Positions 39,583 to 51,650 of a stretch of 64,000 bases of DNA are shown piece after piece. This stretch comes from Eledone cirrhosa (Eukaryota). The position numbers and the translations under genes were made by a program. The stretch spans positions 190,092,001-190,156,000 of the forward strand of contig OZ024741.1 of assembly GCA_964016885.1 (NCBI GenBank). Direction: 5' to 3'. The stretch's first letter is position 1. Each line of letters starts with the position of its first letter. The notes below the pieces were generated by a model. It was not told the origin of the DNA, did not search any database, and saw only the letters and a program-made list of their open reading frames with translations.

Positions 39583-39685
39583 CTATAATAACATCACATG
39601 TGGGATGAACTATTCCACTTGGCAACAGATGGAAATCATAAAAAACATCATCAACAACTACTGTGTGGCCTGCATTATTTCCACC
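39583..39685 (-). CDS. ADSS: Adenylosuccinate synthetase, internal exon A (103 nt; [35 protein letters not shown])
   Basis: Manual translation gives the ADSS signature GGNNAGHT (catalytic His) and FHLLPSG. Acceptor ctttatag|, donor |gtgagt. Phase 0 start, phase 1 end. Confidence 0.97.
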
Positions 39686-41033
39686 CTATAAAGAGAGAAA
39701 AACAGAATTAATGAGAATGGGTTATAGAGACAGAGAGAGAAAATTATAGAAACAGGAGTAATAGGCAGAGAGGAAGAGGTAGATAGAGAGTTACAAAAAG
39801 GGAGTGTGTTCCATGGAGGAGAGAGTGTTCTAGAGAAGAGGAATGTTATACAGAAAGACAAAGAGAACATATTATAGAAGAACAGAGTGTTTGCTATGAA
39901 GAAAGAGAGAAGGAGTTTGAAAAAGACGGAGATTACATTAATGTTTAAAGTTAAACCAGTGATGCACGAAGTGGGCCACATACAAAACTTGTATACTTAG
40001 GAAACAGTTCTATACATATTGATCACGTGGTTTTTATCACGTTATTTAATTTATTATTTACTCAATTCAGATGGTTGATAGAGCTTTTTGTTTAGTTTTT
40101 AGATGTGCTTGAACATGTGGCTGGGCCACAAAAGGTATAATGTGAGACATGGCAGATAAAATGAGTGCACACCACATGTGCGTGTGTTTTTTATTTATAT
40201 ATATATACATATATGGAGGCACATGGCTTAGTGGTTAGAGCATTGGCTGGGTGATTTTTGCCGTGTCTCCTACACAACCACATCTACAGTGTATGCTGGG
40301 TGCTTTTTGCCACGTCTCCTACACAACCACTTTACAGTGTGGGCTGGGTACTTTTAGTTTGTGACACCTACACGACTACTTTACTGTGTGGGGTGGATAT
40401 ATATGGACGTGTGTATCCAAAAAGTGTATACACACTTTGATTACCTATACAGGTAATATTTATTAGAGTGCTGTTGAAGCGAGTATACATTTTTGGGGGG
40501 GGTGGGGGGTGGGGTATATATATATATATATATATATATTATTATATGTAACATGACAAAAAAGAACCTAGCCCTCACTGTAAAGTGGTCATTTTGGTGA
40601 CATGGTAAAAAGGCACCCACTCCACACTATAAATATAGTTGGCATTACGAAGGGCCTCCAGCTGTAGAAATCAAGCTAGAAACGGTTGTGTGAGCAAGAC
40701 AGTCATCTGATCTGTCTTGTCACACAACAGGACAACCCGTCTAACCCAAGCTAGTATGGAAAATGGACAATAATTGGTGGTGATGATGATTACAGTCAGG
40801 CTTAGACTGTTTTGATAGTGTAAATACACTAATTTCCTGAAGTATGGAGTACTAAGTTCAATACTGGTCTTACTAGTCTATTTTCGTATTTCTTCTCTCT
40901 CTCAAACATTCCTTCTCTTTGAATTTTTTCATGAAGGACGAATGTGTGAAACTTTGAGACTCTTTTCCTACTCTATCAAATGATAAACTAATATATATAT
41001 ATATAAATATATATATATTATATTATATATATA

Positions 41034-41222
41034 GGGCGGTGGATTGGCAGTATCGGTAGAGGGTCGCACGCCATGCTTTCCAGCATAGTTACGTCCCTTT
41101 ACGATCTGAGTTCAAATCCCTCCGAGGTTGACTTTGCCTTTCATCCTTACAGGGTCGATAAAATAAAGTACCAGTAATGCACTGGGTAATTGCTGGCCTT
41201 GTGCCTAAAGTAGAAACAATTA
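41034..41222 (+). mobile_element. Full-length young Meta-type SINE inserted in (TA)n
   Basis: Head, B box, ctttgcctttcatcctt..gggtcgataaaataaagtaccag domain and tail all present. Confidence 0.87.
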
Positions 41223-42778
41223 TATATATATTTTCATTTAAGTTTGATAGTTTACCACTGGGTAGAATTGGTCATTCTGCAATGTTTAGTACGGTGTAAT
41301 AGTAGGAAAGCACTAAATGAGGGGTGGTAATAATCCACTCAATAAGCAAGACAACCCTTACCCACATAACAAACTGACAAGACAAAGTTGAGAATAATCA
41401 CTCAAGAGTGATCAGCCCAACTGACAACAATGGGCTACCATGATCACCTTTGAGTCAAAAACAAAAAACACTTTTTTTTCTTCTCTGCTTTGCTTTTCCT
41501 CCCTAAAGCCTCTTGGGATGTGTTTACCATCATTCCTTTGGTATATAACTATTGTGCAATATACACCTGATGATGTCACCAGGTTCTTACGTAACCTGGC
41601 CCCTGATATGTGCATAGTGGGTGTGGAAATAATTTGAAGGAATTCGTCCCGTCACCCACCCCCACACACACCCCAACCCACACACCCACACACACACATT
41701 GTATTGTTCTATGTTTTTCTTTACAGACTTTCCTTGAGGGAAGTTGCACATGGAAACAAATGAAACAGATGAACAAAACTATCCATCTTATTCATCGGCC
41801 ACCCTCTGGTCAATGCTATTTCATGCATAATAAATAGTGGCAGGAAGGTGCACGAGGCAACACAGAGGCAAACAATGAAGTGTCTTTTGAGTAGAACCAC
41901 AATGCAAGTACATGAATGAATAAAAAATGGATAAAAAATAAGATTGTAACTTAACAGAAAGTTATTTTATTAAATTGTGATTTTAATTTAAATAGGAACC
42001 CTTTTAAAATGGGTGGGGAATTTTCATAGAACTAAATGCATAAAGAAATCGCTAATAATTTAATGTTTTTAGGTAAGCCCCTTACATTCCAAGTTCAAAT
42101 CTTGCTGAAGTCACCTTTGCCTTTCATCCTTCTAGAGACAAAATAATGTAGTACCAGTCAACTACTGGTGTTGAATTAGTTGTCTTTCCTTTCTCCTTTA
42201 TATTGCTAATTTTGTGCCTAAATCAGAAACTATTAATATTTATGTAATTATTTTATTTTTTTTTAAATGTGAGGTAATTCCAACAACAGGTAATATAATA
42301 TATTTGTTTACTGTTGCCAATAACTTTCAAGATTGGGCACCAAGCCAACCAACAAAACTCTCCTCTGTGTGGTTAATTGACATGTTAGACATAGCAGTCA
42401 ATTCTCTTCCAAATCATACCTTTCTGTCTTACAAAAGCAAAGCACACCTTGTGGTACATACACTATGGTAAGAAAGAAAAAAAATAAAAGAGGAGGCAAA
42501 CAGCCAAATCTACCTCAAATTACACTATAAACATCTCAATCATTGCAGAATGTCATTGGTCATGAATTTGCTCAATCTGAAGTTGGCTTTAGGTTCAGTA
42601 ACTGTGACACATTCTTTCTCTCTCACTTGCGTGTGCGTGCGCTCACCTGGATTCAGACTGTTCTGAGATTGGAAAATTATTATTTAAACTGCTTGTTTCT
42701 TTAATGTTGGTTCTATGGATGTTAATGTTAAAGTTGACTGCTATACATTGCAGATCTAGCAAAAATGGATTTTAATAT

Positions 42779-42827
<49 letters not shown>

Positions 42828-43004
42828 CAGTTAATTCTGAGAAAGTTACATTACTAAATTTTTCTAAATTCTTCATTATTTTCAAAATGATTTGAAAATC
42901 ATAGGAAGTCTTTCATTAGAAACATAGTAACAAAATGGTTGCTATGAGGTTATGTAATAGTGTTATATAATAAATTATGCTGTATACAAGACTATTAATA
43001 TTAA

Positions 43005-43678
43005 ATTAATACAAGTTATTTAATAAGGCCAGCAATTTTGGGGGAGGGGATAGTCGATTAAATTGACCCGAGTGCATGACTGGTGCTTCATTTGATTGAC
43101 CCATTTGATTAAACGTAAAGGGGCGTAACTATGTCGCGAAGCATATTGTCAGACGCTTAACCAATACTGCCAATGACCATGCTCAACACGCAAAACAAGA
43201 TACTTGCAGCACCAATCTATACCCAGTTGGAACCAAACCAATGGTAAACTGATGGAAGTCCGAAGTGCCTCTAGCACAGAAAAATCTCGGGCATTATTTG
43301 AAAAAATGCCATCATTGCAATTAGCTGTAGTAAATAATTAATTAAATTCTAAATTCAATATTAACTTTGAATTATTTCTTCCTTTTTTATTTTTTACTGA
43401 ATTGAGTCACTGGACTGTGGTCATAATAGAGACTGATGTAGGGTGTAAATATGTTCATTAGATCAACCCTCAATATTACTTGTTAGGGCGGTGAATTGGC
43501 AGTATTGGTGGAGCATCAGACACCATGCTTTGCAGCATAGAGTTATGGCCCTTTATGTTCTGAGTTCAAATCCCGTCGAGGTTAGCTTTGCCTTTCATCC
43601 TTACGGGGTCAATAAAATAAAGCACCAGTAATGCACTGGAGTAATTGCTGGCCTTGTGCCAAAAGTAGAAACAATTAT
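43005..43678. mobile_element. Two Meta-type SINEs (43005-43175 minus; 43486-43678 plus)
   Basis: Match the family consensus. Confidence 0.75.
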
Positions 43679-45635
43679 TGATCTTGGAAGGACAAAAGGC
43701 AAAAATAAACCTCTATATAATATCGCACTTCAACTCAAAACAAAGAAACAAAATCAAATATTACATGAAGTATCACTTTGTCCAACATATTACCAAAATC
43801 TGCCATCCACCCCCAATGTTTGTGTGTAAATTATAGTTTTTTATCACATCGTTTTTGGTATGTGACATAGCAGCAAGAAAGCATGTAAGCTAGTTAGATA
43901 GTAAAGGTAGATTTCACACTCAGCTATTCTTAATCTTAAATTCAGATGTATCAACTGGGAAGTAACATTACACCATTTATATAGAGGAAAAAAACCTCAG
44001 TAGGAGCAAATATAGAGGAGGGGGTAGGAGATAGACATGGTACCAACATTACTAAGTATATATATATATTAGTGAACTTGCATATAATAGTCAAAATGCA
44101 GAAGATAAAAATAAAAGAAAATGAAAAAACAGCATGCTTCGTACCATCAAAAACTAATGAAAACATGTTGCAACGTAATCAGAAAATGACATTTTTTTGT
44201 CTGATTTTTTTAGATTAAACAGAAACAACCATCAAAGATGTGTTTTGTTGCAGTTCTTTATTTACAGTCCTGGCTCATCCCTGATCAAAACATTTTTGTT
44301 TTAATTATTATATATATTTATCCTCTGTTTTTCTATGCTGGCATGGATTGGACAGGTGTTATATAAACTAAGTCACTACTCAATCAGAACTACCAATCTT
44401 CTACATCCAGAATGGGGAAATTTTTTTCAATCTAAAGAAACATTTCTAGCTAAATAAAAAAAAAAATAATAATTGAGACTATAAGAACCACATAATTTGT
44501 TATAAACAAAAATACATACATGACAACTTGAATTTAGCTAACGTTTTTCTTATTTAATGCAATTTTTGTTTAACACCAAATTATCAGTAATTTTTTTACT
44601 GCTGTGTTTAACTTTTGCTGATGTACACATAATTAAGGTATACAAACAAGGAAAATAACCTAACACATGGAGTGGAGTTCGTTCATCTATTCAAAGCAGA
44701 GGCCTCCCTCCACTGCTACACTGAGTTTTCTATATTCCTCAATATGACTTTTGTTTTTATTTTGTTTTTTTGTTATCTTATATGTGTTCTACATATCAGG
44801 AAATGTGTGTAGAGTAGAACACAAAATCAGTATAGATCATCAAAATGTTTATCCAGTAGAGACAGATTAGCTAATGAAAGTAATGTATAGATTTACTTGT
44901 GTAATATGTGTAATATGTGTATATATATATATATATATATACATATAAACCAGTAATTCCTGGAAGAGTTGTAAGGGCACCATAGTAACATACAGCGTTT
45001 CATGGGTATTTTATATCTGGTGGAACCCGACCTTCTATAGGTCTGAACACAGTCGATTTCTTCCAGGGAAGGAGAGAGAGAGTGGCAGAGATGAAGTAAA
45101 AGATCCCAGTAGTGAACTGATACATTTTTTATCGACCGCAAAAGTATGAAAGGCAAAAAATCTGCAGGAGTACAGAAATAGACTAGACTGGACTGGATAG
45201 TGAGAGTGTCCTTTGTCCAGACTGTCATATTGGCCCTTATACAATTCATCACACATCAGATTGCACAGTATTTGGGGACAAAGAAATACACTGAGCAGTA
45301 CAAGAAACCCAAATTAACATTATATTCCACATGGAACAGACATCGAACAATCTCGGTGATAAGTAATCCAGTTATTCAATCAACGAAACTGCCTGCTCAT
45401 TAAATTTACATGCAAGTGGCTGAGCATTCCACAAACTATTAACATAATTCTTAGGGCAATACAGCACAAGACAAAATATAACAAGGCTGGCATTTGAATT
45501 ATAAATGAAGTCCATCTGTCGGGTTTCCAAACAGCTTCCATTCATTCACAATGCATGGTGCCACTGTATGTCTGAAGGTGCAGTATATTCTTCAGTTAGT
45601 CACTTGAAAAGCTTGTGTCTTATTCAGCCTGATTA

Positions 45636-45856
45636 GGGCAGTGGATTCGCAGATTCAGTAGAACGTCGAACACCATGCTTTGAAGCATAGTTACGGCCCT
45701 TTGCGTTCTGAGTTCAAATCCCGCCATGGTTAGCTTTGCCTTTCATCCTTTCGGTGTCGATAAAATAAAGCACCAGTAATGCACTGGGATCAATTTAATA
45801 GACTTTTAACCTCCCCCCATAATTGTTGGTCTTGTGCCTAAATTAGAAACTATTAT
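45636..45856 (+). mobile_element. Full-length Meta-type SINE with 13-bp target-site duplication
   Basis: ttattcagcctga at 45620-45632 and 45853-45865. Confidence 0.88.
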
Positions 45857-46034
45857 TCAGCCTGAACAAGTATAACTTAGGACTGCTCAGTCAGGTTTGA
45901 CCTGTGGCTACACAACAACTCATTATCCTATATTTAGCCTTTCACAACTGTTTTTTAAGAGCAACTTACCGCTATCTGGATTATATCATAATCTGGTTTT
46001 AGATGTTACATTGCATTGTACTGACAAGGCCAAA

Positions 46035-46225
46035 TAATAATAATAATAATAATAATAATAATTGTTTCTACTTTAGGCACAAGGCCAGCAATTACCCAGT
46101 GCATTACTGGTACTTTATTTTATTGACCAAGTAAGGATGAAAGGCAAAACTAACCTCAGCAGGCTTTGAACTCGAAATATAGAGGGTTGGATCAAATACT
46201 AAAAATTTGTGTGATGCTCTAACAA
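46035..46225 (-). mobile_element. Meta-type SINE with (TTA)n tail
   Basis: Reverse complement of the family consensus. Confidence 0.8.
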
Positions 46226-47290
46226 CTCTGCCAAGCCACCACCCTAAACTAAAAGAGCTTAGTTTAGATGCTGACCAAGAATGAACCCACAACCAAGATC
46301 TTAACCGCCTCTATGGCTTACAATAATAACAACAATAATGATTAAATATTTTTAGCTTTACCAGTTGGGTCTTTGGAATCACTTTCAACATCTATTTTAG
46401 TGGGAGAGGGGAGCGTTTTTTACAGTTCGATATGTCTTTTGCTACCACAAACAACAACAACGGAAGTAGGGAAAGGGGCCTTTTTGTATTCAGTCAGATA
46501 AACTGTAGCAAGCGGGATACAGCATAGTTGAAGTAATAGGTGTGACCCTATGGCCATTACTCAAGTGACTTAACCTCACTAGTGAGTGTCTTTCTGAGGC
46601 ACAATACAAATTGCTGTAGCAGAAAGGTATGAACTCATGACCACAAGATAGTGAAGTCCAAGAACATCACAGCTGCCCCTTACCACATGCATGACAGGCA
46701 TGGACTATAGGTAAGTTCACTTTACAACCACAGTTTCAAGTTTGATCCCACTGTGTGGCACTTTGGGGCTAAGTGCCTTCTACTGTAGACTCAAACTTGT
46801 GGAGTAAATTTGGTTGATAGAAAAATTGTGAAGTTTATTGTGTGCGTATTAGTAATAACATTAACAGTGTTAGAAAAAAAAACACACACACACCCACCCA
46901 ATGTTTTCATTAAATAGCCATGGTAAAATGATAAGCCATGGTCCAGCAGCTTGGTGAATATGTGTGGTCTAGCTGTTCACAAACTGAAATCCCTCATAAG
47001 CTGCAGAACTACTTGTTAAACATTCAATATGGGAAAGTGAATTAGCTATACACCCACTTTGTTGTGTAACTGTGATTGCAAACACTAAGCTTGTTTACAC
47101 GTTTCATGGCAACTGGCCCTATAAGCATCACAGCCTCCGCCACTAAAAACTTATTTGTGGGTTGTCAATAGTTGTTGTGATGGTGGTGGTGCTGCTAGTC
47201 AAGTGAGACTGGTTTGATTTGCTCGACTTGAGAATTATCAATTTGATGGAATGGACCTCCGTCAGTTTCAATGATGAGTATTCCAATTGT

Positions 47291-47479
47291 TTAACCCTTA
47301 AGCATTTACATTACTCTATATTTATTATATTTTCACGGTGAAGGTCTTATCTCACATAATATCACATCTATGAGATTTTAATATTTATTTTGAGAATACC
47401 ATATCAGTACGAGTGGCTGGTTACAACCGGTTTGAACAGAAAGAGGTGAGAAAATTATGGCCGGATATGGCCAGTTTAA
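47291..47479 (+). mobile_element. MITE family 1, truncated at an internal TTAA by the second piggyBac
   Basis: MITE sequence runs to ...ggccagtTTAA, then switches to a new piggyBac left end. Confidence 0.8.
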
Positions 47480-48330
47480 CCATTTAGTGTTCAAACCGCC
47501 CGAAATCACCCGAAATTATTTCCCCTTCATTTGTTCAAACCGCCCGAAAACACGCACACTAAAAAAATTGTTCTAAAAATAAACAAACCATCGTCAAAAT
47601 CTCGTTAATTCGAGATTACTGCGAGATTAGGCCCTTACCACGAAAATTAACACTTAATATAATGAAACAACTTAAAACAAGTGTTTTTTTTTTTACTTTG
47701 AAAGTGCAACAAATTTTTTTTTTGTATCAATATGGCTTATGAAAGTAGCGATACCAACTTTGAAGGTTTTACACACAACGACATTCAGAATAAACAAGAA
47801 ACAAACGATAATATTAGTGATTTATCTTCAAATGAATCTGATGTTTATATTTCTGAAATTTTGTCCGACGATGATTGTTTTGAAAGTGAAAACAAAGGAG
47901 GTCTCCAGGACGCCATTGAAAATATTACAGCAACGTGGTTGAAAAATACCACTAATATATGTTCCCGATTTTATTCAAATTACTGGTCCACAACACACAT
48001 TAGCTCCCGATGCTAAAGCACTGCATTATTTCTTTTTGTTTTTACCACAAACTTTCTTCAAAGTTGTGGCAGAAGAGATTAATCGATATACCCAACAACA
48101 GATTTCAAATCAAAGAAAACCTGATCTGTTTGGCGACCAACAGATGCTGCAGAAATGCAAGCATTTTTTACCGTAAATATTATGTTCGGTATAAAACAAT
48201 TTCCAAGACTGGAATTACTGGAACACTGATATAAGGTTTAGTGATTCTTATATATCAAGTATTATGCCGAAAACAACGTATTTAAAATTAAACCAGTATT
48301 TGCACCTGGTTGATACTTCAAATGCCCCTA
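47480..48330 (+). pseudogene. Second piggyBac, 5' part only (left end plus frameshifted N-terminal transposase)
   Basis: TTAA-CCATTTAGTGTTCAAACCGCCCG end. MAYESSDTNFEGF acidic N-terminus. Fragments (TGPQH, ALHYFFLFLP, AEEINRY, IMFGIK, NYWN, FSDSYISSIM) parallel the 13561 element. Confidence 0.85.
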
Positions 48331-48846
48331 TTAATTAATTTCACCTGCCCATAAAAGTCAAATTTGCAATAATTCTTTAAAGAGTTGTGAGAAAAAAAGA
48401 AATTTAATGCTTTTGATACCAACCCAAGTTCTATGAGACACAATCAACCATTTTAAAAGATTCCTATTTAAATTAAAATCTTCCAACATAATTGTATGTA
48501 AGAACCTATTATTAAGTTAATATCTTAGTAATGAAATAATAATTGTAGTAAATCACTTCAAATACAGTGGATTTAATAAGAAATTTTGTTAGAAAGGGGA
48601 TAATATCAAACAACTTACCAACTAGGTCACCATGATTTTACAACTCTTTACAGTTTCAATTTGTCCAACATGGCTACATAGTTAAGTAGTTTGCTTTACA
48701 ACATGGTTTTATGTTTAATCCTACTGAGCAACCAACACCATGGACTAGTTCTTTCTACTTAGGAGAAAGTAGGTTTTGGTTAATTTACTGCCATGTGAAT
48801 GAAAATGGTGTAGAATAGCCATTGTGTAAAAATATGCATATGTCCT

Positions 48847-49415
48847 ATCATCATCATCATCATTTAACATCCACTTTCTATGCTAGCATGGGTTAGACAG
48901 GTTGTCCCATTTGAGGCAAATTGGGTCAAGTGACTTTTCTCATATACAACCGTTTCTGGCAAGATTTCTACAGCTGGATGCCCTTCCTAATGCCAACCAT
49001 ATTAACTCTTTAATATTTATATTATTCTATATATACTATTGTATTTTCATGGTAAAAGCTTTACCTCGCATAATTACCTCACATAATATCGAATCTATGA
49101 GATTTTGAAAGTATTTATTCTGAGGACAATACCTTAATATCAGTTTGAGCGACCGGTTACAGCCTGCTTCAACAGAAAGTGGTAGAGAACTCTGGCCAGT
49201 TTTGGCCGGTTTGAACATTAAAGGGTTAACAGTGTGTGCTGGGTGCTTTTTGTCGTGACACCTACATGACCACTTCAGTGTGTGCTGGGTGCTTTTTGTC
49301 ATGACACCTACACAACCACTTCAGTGTGGGCTGGATGCTTTTTGTCATGACACCTACATGACCACTTCAGTGTGGGCTGGATGCTTTTGTCATGACACCT
49401 ACACGACCATCTTAC
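48847..49415 (-). mobile_element. RTE-tail element with 4 tandem about 45-bp units, interrupted by MITE family 1 (49002-49229)
   Basis: (cat)n tail at 48847. TTAA is duplicated either side of the MITE, and the RTE sequence resumes at 49230. Confidence 0.8.
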
Positions 49416-50949
49416 AGTCCTATCTTTACCAGTATAAACCAGTGTACCAAATTGTGCTCTATGTCAAATATGGGTTTGGATCATATAAACAATTCCAAAT
49501 GCTTGTATGATCAAATTTTATAATATCAGAAAATAACAACACCAACAGCTTGAAAAACTGAAAACTGAAAGAGGAAGACAACACAAGATCTGTGCAGAAA
49601 TGGTGAAAACTGATCTCAGAATGCTAAACCACACAAGGGAAAGAAACATGGAGAGAAGCTGCACTAGAGAAGACTCATCTAATACATGCAAGCAATGATG
49701 ATAATGATATGCATACATTTACACACATTATGTGAAAAAGTCTGCATATCTTTTCAGCAAAACTGAATGGATCTATGAACTATGCCCCTGCTCATACATT
49801 CCATGTGTGTATTCATACAAGTGTCTCAGGTTGTTCTTGGAGACTGCTGGTAACATAACTTAGTACATCCTGTTGCATGGGAGGGTTGTTGATAACTAAA
49901 CTGCTAACATCACCAAGCCTGCTAGAAAGGAGAGTCATTTTGGGACAACCTGTTGGATGAAAAACGAAACGCAATAAAAGTGTGTATATCTGCTAGTGCA
50001 TATATGTATTTAAATGTTTATGTAAATACACATGAAAGAAGGATATTCTTACTCGAGACTTGCAATATTTGCAGTCTCTGGCCATCTTGTTTTGTTTATT
50101 GCTAGCTCGACAACTTCAACTATTTATAGACTGGCTCATGTATTGCTCAACCACATATCACTATAAAATCTAATGTGTAGACATTTTTTTTACACTCATT
50201 TTTTAACTTCCTTTTTAACCTTCCATCTTACCCAGTGCATATCAAGACAATGACTTCTTTGAGCCACATACAGATGGTAGACCTTTTGGTGTAGCATTCT
50301 GAGTATCACATGCACCTTCACCAATGAAATACCATCACTTTTGAAGTTTTGTCATTAACGTGTAGTATAGGAAAGAATAGTCACTATTTTTCTGTCACTG
50401 ATGAATTCATGTTGGTATGTGGGAAGTAGGATAATGACCTATGTATTCTGGAGTGTAAAAGATCAACAACCATCATCATTTAACGTCTGTTTTCCCAGCT
50501 AGCAAGGGTTCGATGGTTCGTCGGAGACCAAGTCTGTACTGAAACAGAGTTACTGGCCTCTCAGCTGAGCCAGGTCAGAGGCCCTGCAGATAAATAAGTA
50601 CAGGAATGTATGTAAACTGAGTACCCAGACAAGCCTTGGCACTATCACCCCATCACAAGCACGCACAAAATCATAGTGATGTGAGCAAAAGTGTTCATTA
50701 TCAACTCCCAGCTGTTTGACATGTGTATCTGGTGGGAAGTTGTTTTGGATAATTTTTTTTCTGGTTTGTTTTGTTGTTTTTTCAAAATCCAAAATAGAAA
50801 ATTCTAATCACATGCTGGGGTTATCTGCAGAAAATAGGAAATTTTATTTTGGTTTGTTTGGTATTGAGAGGATGAGTGAAAAAAAATTTTATATATATTA
50901 ATGACTAGGAACTAAAGAAAAATGTTTCCATAATCTATCATAACAATAA

Positions 50950-51650
50950 GTCTTTCTAACATTAGCACAAGGCTATCAAATTAGGGTGTGGGGGAAGTCA
51001 ATTATATTGACTGCCCCAAGTACTCAACAGAACTTTGTTTCACTGACTCAAGAAGGATCAAAGGCAAAGTTGACCACAGAATATAGAAAGTCTTAAATAC
51101 TGCAAAGTATTATGTCCGACACACTACCTATACTACCAATCTACTGCCTTCACAACAATAATAAAGTTTCTTGTATTGACACAAGACCAGAATCTTTGGA
51201 AAAGGGTTAGTCAATTTGGATTAAATTGATCCCAGTACTTGACTAAATTAGTAATTTGTTTGACCCTGGAAGGATGAAAGGCAAAATTGACTTTAACAGG
51301 ATTTGAATTTGCAACACTAACAACTATGTCAAGCAACCATCATAGTAATAATAATAATTGTTTCTATTTTAGGCACAAGGCCAGCAATTACCCAATACAT
51401 TACTGGTACTTTATTTTATCGACCCCGTAAGGATGAAAGGCAAAGTTAACCTCAGCGGGATTTGAACTCAGATCATAAAGGGACGTAACTTTATGCTTCA
51501 AAGCATAGTAATAATAATATAGCTTCTAATTTAGGTTCAAGCAAGTGGAAAGTTGATATATATTGACCCCAGTACTTGACTAGTACTATATTTTGTTGGC
51601 CTCAGAGAGATTTGAACTCACAAAGTAAAGAGCTGTAACATGGTACTTTG
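50950..51650 (-). mobile_element. Cluster of about 4 Meta-type SINEs of different ages (youngest 51356-51508)
   Basis: Repeated ggcacaaggcc...aaggatgaaaggcaaagtt motifs. Confidence 0.75.

Noticed and set aside
41714-41880. Plus-strand acceptor suggesting a nested gene
   Set aside because: No convincing ORF, donor or partner exons.
42647-42760. Donor-like CCAG|GTGAGC as an ADSS exon end (similar isolated donors at about 46341, 48619 and 54137)
   Set aside because: At 42647 the phase-0 frame has a stop. None resembles ADSS, and isolated donors are expected by chance.
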